A stretch of 64,000 bases of DNA from Eledone cirrhosa (lineage: Eukaryota), in contig OZ024748.1 of NCBI GenBank assembly GCA_964016885.1, forward strand, positions 32,488,001 to 32,552,000, in the 5' to 3' direction. The position numbers and the translations under genes are program-made. This document shows, piece after piece, positions 13,588 through 27,300 of the stretch (positions within the stretch are counted from its first letter, which is position 1; every line of letters starts with the position of its first letter). A model generated the notes under the pieces. That model worked only from the letters and a program-made list of their open reading frames with translations. It had not been told where the DNA came from and did no database searches.

Positions 13588-15850
13588 GACATACTGCTAG
13601 AAGTAATACTATACTTCTAAACTGGTTATATACTACACGCTGCTAAATGTAATACTATACTTCTTAACTGGTTATATATTACACACTGCTAAAAGTAATA
13701 CTATAACTCTAAACTGGTTATATATTACACACTGCTAAAAGTAATACTATACTTCTAAACAGGTTGTATATTACATGCTGCTAAAAGTAATACTATACTT
13801 CTAAACTGGTTATATATTACACACTGCTAAAGGTAATACTATACTTCTAAACTGGTTATATATTACACACTGTTAAAAGTAATACTATACTTCTAAACTG
13901 GTTATATATTACACACTGCTGAAAGTAATACTATACTTCTAAACTGCTTATATACTACATGCTCCTAAAAGTAATACTATACTTCTAAACTGGTTATATA
14001 TTACACACTGCTAAAAGTAATACTATACTTCTAAACTGGTTATATATTACACACTGTTAAAAGTAATACTATACTTCTAAACTGGTTATATATTACACCA
14101 TGCTAAAAGTAATACTATACCTCTTAACTGGTTATATATTAGATGCTGCTAAAAGTAATACTATAATTCTAAACTGGTTATATATTACACACTGCTACAA
14201 GTAATACTATACTTCTGAAATGCTTATATATTACACACTGCTAAAGGTAATACTATACTTCTAAACTGGTTATATATTAGACACTGTTAAAAGTAATACT
14301 ATACTTCTAAACAGATTATATATAACATGCCACTAAAAGTAATACATTACTTCTAAACTGGTTATATATTACACACTGATAAAAGTAATACTATACTTCT
14401 AAATTAGGTATATATTACACACTGCTAAAAGTAATATTATACTTCTAAACAGGTTATATATTACACACTGCTAAACGTAATACTTTAATTCTAAACCGGT
14501 TATATATTACACACTGCTAAATGTAATACTATACTTCTAAACTGGTTATATATTACACACTGCTAAAAGTAATACTATACTTCTATACTGGTTATATATT
14601 ACATGCTGCTAAAAGTGATACTTTACTTCTAAACTGGTTATAATCTACATGCTTCTAAAAGTAATAATATACTTCTAAACTGGTTATATATTACACACTA
14701 CTAAAAGTAATACTATACTTCTAAACTGGTTATATGTTACACACTGCTAAAAGTAATACTATAATTCTAAACTTGTTATATACTACACACTGCTAAAAGT
14801 GATACTATACTTCTAAACAGGTTATATATTACACACTGCTAAAAGTAATACTATACCTCTAAACTGGTTATATATTACATGCTGCTAAAAGTAATACTGT
14901 ATTTCTAAACTTGTTATATATTACACACTGCTAAAACCAATACAATACTTCTAAACTAGTTATATATTACACACTGCTAAAAGTAACACTATACCTCTAA
15001 ACTGGTTGTATATTACATGCTGCTAAAAGTAATACTATACTTCCAAACTGGTTATATATTACACTCTGCTAAAAGTAATACTATACTTCTAAACTGCTTA
15101 TATACTACATGCTTCTAAAAGTAAAATAATACTTCTAAACTGGTTATATATTACACACTGCTAAAAGTAATACTATACTTCTAAACTGGTTATATATTAC
15201 AAACTGCTAAAAGTAATACTACACTTCTAAACTGGTTATATATTAGACACTGCCAAAAGTAATACTATACTTCTTAACTGCCTATATATTACACACTACT
15301 AAAAGCAATACTATACTTCTAAACTGGTTATATATTACACACTGCTAAAAGTAATTCTATACTTCTAAACTGCTTATATACTACATGCTTCTAAAAGTAA
15401 AATAATACTTCTAAACTGGTTATATATTACACACTGCTAAAAGTAATACTATACTTCTAAACTAGTTATATACTACATGCTGCTAAAAGTAATACTATAC
15501 TGCTAAACTGGTTATATACTACATGCTGCTAAAAGTAATACTATACTTCTAAACTGCTTATATACTACATGCTTCTAAAAGTAAAATAATACTTCTAAAC
15601 TGGTTATATATTACACACTGATAAAAGTAATACTATACTTCTAAACTGGTTATATATTACAAACTGCTAAAAGTAATACTACACTTCTAACCTGGTTATA
15701 TATTAGACACTGCCAAAAGTAATACTATACTTCTTAACTGGCTATATATTACACAATACTAAAAGTAATACTATACTTCTAAACTGGTTATATATTACAC
15801 ACTGCTAAAAGTAATACTATACTTCTAAACTGCTTATATACTACATGCTT
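13588..15850. repeat. Diverged, partly deleted paralog of the 10.7-13.3 kb HOR segment
   Basis: Offset of 2851 bp (62x46-1) at two markers (10736/13587 and 11480/14331). Carries private variants GCTAGAAG, CACCATGC and GCCACT. Confidence 0.75.
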
Positions 15851-18800
15851 CTAAAAGTAAAATAATACTTCTAAACTGGTTATATATTACACACTGCTAA
15901 AAGTAATACTATACTTCTAAACTGGTTATATACTACATGCTGCTAAAAGTAATACTATACTTCTTAACTGGCTATATATTACACACTACTAAAAGTAATA
16001 CTATACTTCTAAACTGGTTATATATTACACACTGCTAAAAGTAATACTATACTTCTAAACGGGTTAAATACTACATGCTGCTAAAAGTAATACTATACTT
16101 CTAAACTGGTTATATATTAAACACTGCTAAATGTAATACTATACTTCAAAACTGATTATATATTACACACTGTTAAAATTAATACTATACTTCTAAACTG
16201 GTTATATATTACACACTGCTAAAAGTAATACTATACCTCTAAACTGGTTATATATTACACACTGCTAAAATTAATACTATACTTCTAAACTGGTTATATA
16301 TTACACGCTGCTAAAATAATACTATACTTCTTAATTGGTTATATATTACACACTACTAAAAGTAATACTATACTTCTAAACTGGTTATATATTACACACT
16401 GCTAAAAGTAATACTATACTTCTAAAGTGGTTATATATTACGCACTGCTAAAAGTAATATTATACTTCTAGACTGATTATATATTAGATTGCCGCTAAAA
16501 GTAATACCATACTTCTAAACTGGTTATATATTACATGCTGCTAAAAGTGGTACTATACTCCTAAACTGCTTAAATACTACATGCTTCTAAAAGTAATATA
16601 ATACTTCTAAACTGGTTATATATTACACACTGCTAAAAGTAATACTATACTACTAAACTGGTTATATATTGCACACTGCTAAAAGTAATACTATACCTCT
16701 AAACTGGTTATATATTACACACTACTAAAAGTAATACTATACTTCTAAACTGGTTATATATTACACACTGCTAAAAGTAATACTTTACTACTAAACTGGT
16801 TATATATTGCACACTGCTAAAAGTAATACTATACTTCTAAACTGGTTATATATTACACATTGCTAAAAGTAATACTATACCTCTAAACTGGTTATATATT
16901 ACATGCTGCTAAAAGTAATACTATACTTCTAGACTGGTTATATGTTACATACTGCTAAAAGTAATACTATACTTCTAGACTGGTTATATATTACATACTG
17001 CTAAAAGTAATACTATACTTCTAAACGGGTTATATACTACATGCTGCTAAAAGTAATACTATACTTCTAAACTGGTTATATATTACACACTGCTAAAAGA
17101 AATACTATACTTCTAAACTAGTTATATATTACACACTGCTAAATCTAATACTATACTTCTAAACTGGTTATATATTACACACTGCTAAAAGTAATACTAT
17201 ACTTCTAAACTGGTTATATATTACACACTGCTAAAAGTAATACTATACCTCTAAACTGGTTATATATTACATGCTGCTAAAAGTAATACTATACTTCTAG
17301 ACTGGTTATATGTTACATACTGCTAAAAGTAATACTATACTTCTAAACAGGTTATATATTACACACTGCTAAAAGTAATACTATACTTCTAAACTGGTTA
17401 TATGTTACACACTGCTAAAAGTAATACTATACCTCTAAACTGGTTATATATTACATGCTGCTAAAAGTAATACTATACTTCTAGACTGGTTATATGTTAC
17501 ATACTGCTAAAAGTAATACTATACTTCTAGACTGGTTATATATTACATACTGCTAAAAGTAATACTATACTTCTAAACGGGTTATATACTACATGCTGCT
17601 AAAAGTAATACTATACTTCTAAACTGGTTATATATTACACACTGCTAAAAGAAATACTATACTTCTAAACTAGTTATATATTACACACTGCTAAATCTAA
17701 TACTATACTTCTAAACTGGTTATATATTACACACTGCTAAAAGTAATACTATACTTCTTAACTGGTTATATATTAGATGCTGCTAAAAGTAATACTATAC
17801 TTCTAAACTGCTTATATACTACATACTTCTAAAAGTAATATAATACTTCTAAACTCGTTATATATTACACACTGCTAAAAGTAATACTATACTGCTAAAC
17901 TGGTTTTATATTACACACTGTTAAAAGTAATACTATACTTCTAAACTGGTTATATATTACGCACTGCTAAAAGTAATATTATACTTCTAGACTGATTATA
18001 TATTACATGCCGCCAAAAGTAATACATTACTTCTAAACTGGTTATATATTGCACACTGATAAAAGTAATACCATACTTCTAAACTGGTTATATATTACAC
18101 ACTGCTAAAAGTAATACTATAATTGTAAACAGGTTATATATTACACACTGCTAAAAGTAATACTATACTTCTAAACAGGTTATATATTACACACTGCTAA
18201 AAGTAATACTATACTTCTAAACTGCTTATATACTACATGCTTCTAAAAGTAATATAATACTTCTAAACTGGTTATATATTACACACTGCTAAAAGTAATA
18301 CTATACTTCTAAACTGGTTATATATTACACACTGCTAAAAGTAATACTATACTACTAAACTGGTTATATATTGCACACCGCTAAAAGTAATGCTATACTT
18401 GTAAACAGGTTATATATTACACACTGCTAAAAGTAATACTATACTTCTAAACAGGTTATACATTACACACTGCTAAAGGTAATACTATACTTCTAAACAG
18501 GTTATATATTACACACTGCTAAAAGTAATACTATACTTCAAAACAGGTTATATATTACACACTGCTAAATGTAATACTATACTTCTAAACAGGTTATATA
18601 TTACACACTGCTAAAAGTAATACTATACTTCTAAACAGGTTATATATTACACACTGGTAAAAGTAATACTATACTTCTAAATTAGGTATATCTTACACAC
18701 TTCTAAAAGTAATACTATACTTCTAAACAGTTTACATATTACACACTGCTAAAAGTAATACTATAACTCTAAACTGGTTATATATTACACATTGCTAAAA

Positions 18801-20985
18801 GTAATACTATACCTCTAAACTAGTTATATATTACACACTGCTAAAAGAAATACCATACTTCTAAACTGGTTATATGTTACATGCTGCTAAAAGTAATACT
18901 ATACTTCTAAACTGGTTATATACTACATGCTTCCAAAAGTAATACTATACTTCTAAACTGGTTATATATTACACACTGCTAAAAGTAATACTATACCTCT
19001 AAACTGGTTATATATTACATGCTGCTAAAAGTAATACTGTATTTCTAAACTTGTTATATATTGCACACTGCTAAAACCAATACTATACTTCTAAACTAGT
19101 TATATATTACACACTCCTAAAAGTAACACTATACCTCTAAACTTGTTGTATATTACATGCTGCTAAAAGTAATACTATACTTCTAGACTGGTTATATATC
19201 ACATACTGCTAAATGTAATACTATACTTCTAAACTGGTTATATATTACACACTGCTAAAAGTATTACTATACTTCTAAACTAGTTATATATTACATGCTG
19301 CTAAAAGTAATACTCTACTTCTAGACTGGTTATATACTACACACTGCTAAAAGTAATACTATACTTCTAAACTGGTTATATACTACATGCGGCTAAAAGT
19401 AATACTATACTTCTAAACTGGATATATATTACACACTGCTAAAAGTAATACTATACTTCTAAACTAGTTATATATTACATGCTGCTAAAAGTAATACTAT
19501 ACTTCTTAACTGGTTATATATTACAAACTGCTAAAAGTAATACTATACTTCTAAACTGGTTATATTTTACACACTACTAAAAGTAATACTATACTTCTAA
19601 ACTGGTTATATATACACACTGTTAAAAGTAATACTATACTTCTAAACTGCTTATATACTACATGCTTCTAAAAGTAAAATAATACTTCTAAACTGGTTAT
19701 ATATTACACACTGCTAAAAGTAATACTATACTTCTAAATTGGTTATATATTACACACTGCTAAAAGTAATTCTATACTTCTAAACTGGTTATATATTACA
19801 TGCGGCTAAATGTAATACTATTCTTCTAAATTGGTTACATACTACATGCTTCTAAAAGTAATACTATAGTTCTAAACTGGTTATATATTACACACTGCTA
19901 AAAGTAACACTATACCTCTAAACTGGTTGTATATTACATGCTGCTAAAAGTAATACTATACTTCTAAACTGGTTATATATTACACACTGCTAAAGGTAAT
20001 ACTATACTTCTAAACTGGTTATAAATTACACACTGTTAAAAGTAATACTATACTTCTAAACTGGTTATATACTACATGCTTCTAAAAGTAATACTATACT
20101 TCTAAACTGCTTATATACTACATGCTTCTAAAAGTAATATAATACTTCTAAACTGGTTATATATTACACACTGCTAAAAGTAATACTATACTTCTAGACT
20201 GGTTATATATTACACACTGCTAAAAGTAATACTATACTTCTAAACTGCTTATATACAACATGCTTCTAAAAGTAATATAATACTTCTAAACTGGTTATAT
20301 ATTACACACTGTTAAAAGTAATACTATACTTCTAAACTGGTTATATATTACACATTGTTAAAAGTAATACTTTACTACTAAACTGGTTATATATTACACA
20401 CCGCTAAAAGTAATACTATACTTCTAGACTGGTTATATATTACATACTGCTAAAAGTAATACTATACTTCTAAACTTGTTATATACTATATGCTTCTAAA
20501 AGTAATAATATACTTCTAAACTGGTTATATATTACACACTACTAAAAGTAATAATATACTTCTAAACTGGTTATATATTACACACTGCTAAAAGTAATAC
20601 TATACTTCTAAACTGGTTATATATTACACACTGCTAAAAGTGATACTATACTTCTAAACTGGTTATATATTACACACTGCTAAAAGTAATACTATACCTC
20701 TAAACTGGCTATATATTACATGCTGCTAAAAGTAATACTATACTTCTAAACGGGTTATATACTACATGCTGCTAAAAGTAATACTATACTTCTAAACTGA
20801 TTATATATTACACACTGCTAAAAGTAATACTATACTTCTAAACTAGTTATATATTACATGCTGCTAAATGTAATACTATAATTCTTAACTGGTTATATAT
20901 TACAAATGGCTAAAAGTAATACTATACTTCTAAACTGGTTATATATTACAAACTACTAAAAGTAATACTATACTTCTAAACTGGT
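15850..20985. repeat. Block of the same 46-bp satellite that does not follow the HOR order and is single-copy in this window
   Basis: Variants I did not see elsewhere: ATTAAACAC (~16116), AAAGTGG (~16424), AGATTGCCG (~16486), GTGGTACT (~16547), AAATCTAAT (17141, 17693), CTCGTT (~17854). Boundaries approximate. Confidence 0.75.
16870..17755. repeat. Local duplication at a 12-monomer (552 bp) offset
   Basis: AAACGGG with C at 17026 and 17578; AAATCTAAT at 17141 and 17693; AAAGAAAT present in both copies. Confidence 0.85.
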
Positions 20986-21301
20986 TATATATTACACACT
21001 GCTAAAAGTAACACTATACTACTAAACTGGTTATATATTACACACTGCTAAAAGTAACACTATACTACTAAACTGGTTGTATATTACATGCTGCTAAAAG
21101 TAATATTATACTTCTAAACTGGTTATATATTACACATTTCTAAAAGTAATACTATACTTCTAGACAGGTTATATATTACACACTGCTAAATGTAATACTA
21201 TACTTCTCTAACTGGTTATATATAACACACTGCTAAAAGTAATACTATACTTCTAAACTGGTTATATATTACACACTGCTAAAAGTAATACTAGACCTCT
21301 T

Positions 21302-24300
21302 AACTGGTTATATATTACACACTGCTAAAAGTAATACTATACCTCTTAACTGGTTATATATTAGATGCTGCTAAAAGTAATACTATACTTCTAAATTAGG
21401 TATATATTACACACTGCTAAAAGTAATACTATACTTCTAAACTGCTTATATATTACACACTGCTAAAGGTAATACTATCCTTCTAAACTGGTTATATATT
21501 ACACACTGTTAAAAGTAACACTATACTTCTAAACTGGTTATATATTACACACTGTTAAAACTAATACTATACTTCTATACTGGTTATATATTACATGCTG
21601 CTAAAAGTGATACTATACTTCTAAACTGGTTATATACTACACGCTTCTAAAAGTAATACTATAGTTCTAAACTGGTTATATATTACACACTGCTAAAAGT
21701 AATACTATACTTCTAAACTTGTTATATATTACACTCTGCTAAAGGTAATACTATACTTCTAAACTGGTTATATATTACACACTGTTAAAAGTAATACCAT
21801 ACTTCTAAACTTGTTATATATTAGACACTGTTAAAAGTAATACTATACTTCTAAACTGGTTATATGTTACACACTGATAAAAGTAATACTATACTTCTAA
21901 ATAATGTATATATTACACACTGCTAAAAGTAATATTATACTTCTAAACAGGTTATATATTACACACTGCTAAACGTAATACTTTAACTGTAAACCGGTTA
22001 TATATTACACACCGCTAAAAGTAATACTATACTTCTAAACTGGTTATATGTTACACACTGCTAAAAGTAATACTATACTTCGAAACTGGTTATATATTAC
22101 ACACTGCTAAAAGTGACACTATACTTCTAAACTAGTTATATACGACATGCTGCTAAAAGTAATACTATACTTCTAAACTGGTTATATACTACACGCTGCT
22201 AAATGTAATACTATACTTCTTAACTGGTTATATATTACACACTGCTACAAGTAATACTATACTTCTGAAATGCTTATATATTACACACTGCTAAAGGTAA
22301 TACTATACTTCTAAACTGGTTATATATTAGACACTGTTAAAAGCAATACTATACTTCTAAACAGATTATATATAACATGCCGCTAAAAGTAATAAATTAC
22401 TTCTAAACTGGTCATATATTACACACTGATAAAAGTAATACTATACTTCTAAATTAGGTATATATTACACACTGCTAAAAGTACTATTATACTTCTAAAC
22501 AGGTTATATATTACACACTGCTAAACGTAATACTTTAATTCTAAACCGGTTATATATTACACACTGCTAAAAGTAATACTATACTTCTAAACTGGTTATA
22601 TATTACACACTGCTAAAAGTAATACTATACTTCGAAACTGGTTATATATTACACACTGCTAAAAGTAATACTATACTTCTATACTGGATATATATTACAT
22701 GCTGCTAAAAGTGATACTTTACTTCTAAACTGGTTATAATCTACATGCTTCTAAAAGTAATAATATAGTTCTAAACTGGTTATATATTACACACTGCTAA
22801 AAGTAATACTATGCTTCTCAACTGGTTATATATTACACACTGTTAAAAGTAATATTATACTTCTAAACTAGTTATATATTACACACTGCTAACACTAATA
22901 CTATACTCATAAACTGGTTATATATTACACAGTGCTAAAAGTAATTCTATACCTCTAAACTAGTTATATAATACATGCTGCTAAATGTAATACTATAACT
23001 CTAAACTGGTTATATATTACACACTGCTAAAAGTAATACTATACCTCTAAACTAGTTATATATTACACACTGCTAAAAGACATAGTATACTTCTAAACTG
23101 GATATATATTACATGCTGCTAAAAGTAATACTATACTTCTAAACTGGTTATATACTACATGTTTCTAAAAGTAATAATATACTTCTAAACTGGTTATATA
23201 TTACACACTACTAAAAGTAATACTATACTTCAAAACTGGTTATATGTTACACACTGCTAAAAGTAATACTATAATTCTAAACTTGTTATATATTACACAC
23301 TGCTAAAAGTGATACTATACTTCTAAACAGGTTATATATTACACACTGCTAAAAGTAATACTATACCTCTAAACTGGTTATATATTACATGCTGCTAAAA
23401 GTAATACTGTATTTCTAAACTTGTTATATATTACACACTGCTAAAACCAATACAATACTTCTAAACTAGTTATATATTACACACTGCTAAAAGTAACACT
23501 ATACCTCTAAACTGGTTGTATATTACATGCTGCTAAAAGTAATACTATACTTCCAAACTGGTTATATATTACACACTGCTAAAAGTAATACTATACTTCT
23601 AAACTGCTTATATACTACATGCTTCTAAAAGTAAAATAATACTTCTAAACTGGTTATATATTACACACTGCTAAAAGTAAAACTATACTTCTAAACTGGT
23701 TATATATTACAAACTGCTAAAAGTAATACTACACTTCTAAACTGGTTATATATTAGACACTGCCAAAAGTAATACTATACTTCTTAACTGCTTATATACT
23801 ACATGCTTCTAAAAGTAAAATAATACTTCTAAACTGGTTGTATATTACACACTACTAAAAGCAATACTATACTTCTAAACTGGTTATATATTACACACTG
23901 CTAAAAGTAATTCTATACTTCTAAACTGCTTATATACTACATGCTTCTAAAAGTAAAATAATACTTCTAAACTGGTTATATATTACACACTGCTAAAAGT
24001 AATACTATACTTCTAAACTAGTTATATACTACATGCTGCTAAAAGTAATACTATACTTCTAAACTGGTTATATACTACATGCTGCTAAAAGTAATACTAT
24101 ACTTCTAAACTGCTTATATACTACATGCTTCTAAAAGTAAAATAATACTTCTAAACTGGTTATATATTACACATTGCTAAAAGTAATACTATACTTCTAA
24201 ACTGGTTATATATTACAAACTGCTAAAAGTAATACTACACTTCTAAACTGGTTATATATTAGACACTGCCAAAAGTAATACTATACTTCTTAACTGGCTA

Positions 24301-27300
24301 TATATTACACAATACTAAAAGTAATACTATACTTCTAAACTGGTTATATATTACACACTGCTAAAAGTAATACTATACTTCTAAACTGCTTATATACTAC
24401 ATGCTTCTAAAAGTAAAATAATACTTCTAAACTGGTTATATATTACACACTGCTAAAAGTAATACTATACTTCTAAACTAGTTATATACTACATGCTGCT
24501 AAAAGTAATACTATACTTCTAAACTGGTTATATACTACATGCTGCTAAAAGTAATACTATACTTCTTAACTGGCTATATATTACTCACTACTAAAAGTAA
24601 TACTATACTTCTAAACTGGTTATATATTACACACTGCTAAAAGTAATACTATACTTCTAAACTGCTTATATACTACATGCTTCTAAAAGTAATATAATAC
24701 TTCTAAACTGGTTATATATTACACACTGTTAAAAGTAATACTATACTTCTAAACTGGTTATATATTACACACTGCTAAAAGTAATATTATACTTCTAAAC
24801 TAGTTATATATTACACACTGCTAAAACTAATACTATACTCATAAACTGGTTATATATTACACAGTGCTAAAAGTAATTCTATACCTCTAAACTAGTTATA
24901 TAATACATGCTGCTAAATGTAATACTATAACTCTAAACTGGTTATATATTACACACTGCTAAAAGTAATACTACACTTCTAAACAGGTTGCATATTACAC
25001 ACTGCTAAAAGACATACTATACTTCTAAACTGGATATATATTACATGCTGCTAAAAGTAATACTATACTTCTAAACTGGTTATATATTACACACTACTAA
25101 AAGTAATACTATACTTCTAAACTGGTTATATGTTACACACTGCTAAAAGTAGTACTATAATTCTAAACTTGTTATATACTACACACTGCTAAAAGTGATG
25201 CTATACTTCTAAACTGGTTATATATTACACACTGCTAAAAGTAATGCTATACCTCTAAACTGGTTATATATTACATGCTGCTAAAAGTAATACTGTATTT
25301 CTAAACTTGTTATATATTACACACTGCTAAAACCAATACAATACTTCTAAACTAGTTATATATTACACACTGCTAAAAGTAACACTATACCTCTAAACTG
25401 GTTGTATATTACATGCTGCTAAAAGTAATACTATACTTCCAAACTGGTTATATATTACACACTGCTAAAAGTAATACTATACTTCTAAACTGCTTATATA
25501 CTACATGCTTCTAAAAGTAAAATAATACTTCTAAATTGGTTATATATTACACACTGCTAAAAGTAATACTATACTTCTAAACTGGTTATATATTACACAC
25601 TGCTAAAAGTAATACTATACTTCTAAACGGGTTATATACTACATGCTTCTAAAAGTAAAATAATACTTCTAAACTGGTTATATGTTACACACTGTTAAAA
25701 GAAATAATATACCTCTAAACTGGTTATATATTAGATGCTGCTAAAAGTAATACTATACTTCTAAACTGGTTATATGTTACGCACTGCTAAAAGTAATACT
25801 ATACTTCTAAATTAGGTATATATTACACACTGCTAAAAGTAATAGTATACCTCTAACCTGGTTATATATTACACACTTCTAAAAGTAATACTATACTTCT
25901 AGACAGGTTATATATTACATACTGCTAAACGTAATACTATACTTCTAAATTAGGTATATATTACACACTGCTAAAAGTAATACTATACTTCTAAACTGCT
26001 TATATATTACACACTGCTAAAGGTAATACTATACTTCTAAACTGGTTATATATTACACACTGTTAAAAGTAATACTATACTTCTAAACTGGTTATATATT
26101 ACACACTGCTAAAGGTAATATTATACTTCTAAACTGGTTATATATTACACTCTGTTAAAAGTAATACTATATTTCTAAACTGGTTAAATATTGCACACTG
26201 GTAAATGTAATACTATACTTCTAAACTGGTTATATATTACACACTGCTAAAAGTAACACTATACTACTAAACTGGTTGTATATTACATGCTGCTAAAAGT
26301 AATATTATACTTCTAAACTGGTTATATATTACACATTTCTAAAAGTAATACTATACTTCTAGACAGGTTATATATTACACACTGCTAAATATAATACTAT
26401 ACTTCTCTAACTGGTTATATATTACACACTGCTAAAAGTAATACTATACTTCTAAACTGGTTATATATTACACACTGCTAAAAGTAATACTAGACCTCTT
26501 AACTGGTTATATATTACACACTGCTAAAAGTAATATTATACCTCTTAACTGGTTATATATTAGATGCTGCTAAAAGTAATACTATACTTCTAAATTAGGT
26601 ATATATTACACACTGCTAAAAGTAATACTATACTTCTAAACTGCTTATATATTACACACTGCTAAAGGTAATACTATACTTCTAAACTGGTTATATATTA
26701 CACACTGTTAAAAGTAATACTATACTTCTAAACTGGTTATATATTACACACTGTTAAAACTAATACTATACTTCTATACTGGTTATATATTACATGCTGC
26801 TAAAAGTAATACTATACTTCTAAATAATGTATATATTACACACTGTTAAAACTAATACTATACTTCTAAACTGGTTATATACTACACGCTTCTAAAAGTA
26901 ATACTATAGTTCTAATCTGGTTATATATTACACACTGCTAAAAGTAATACTATTCTTCTAAACTGGTTATATATTACACTCTGCTAAAGGTAATACTATA
27001 CTTCTAAACTGGTTATATATTACACACTGTCAAAAGTAATACCATACTTCTAAACTGGTTATATATTAGACACTGTTAAAAGTAATACTATACTTCTAAA
27101 CTGGTTATATGTTACACACTGATAAAAGTAATACTATACTTCTAAATAATGTATATATTACACACTGCTAAAAGTAATATTATACTTCTAAACAGGTTAT
27201 ATATTACACACTGCTAAACGTAATACTTTAACTGTAAACCGGTTATATATTACACACCGCTAAAAGTAATACTATACTTCTAAACTGGTTATATATTACA

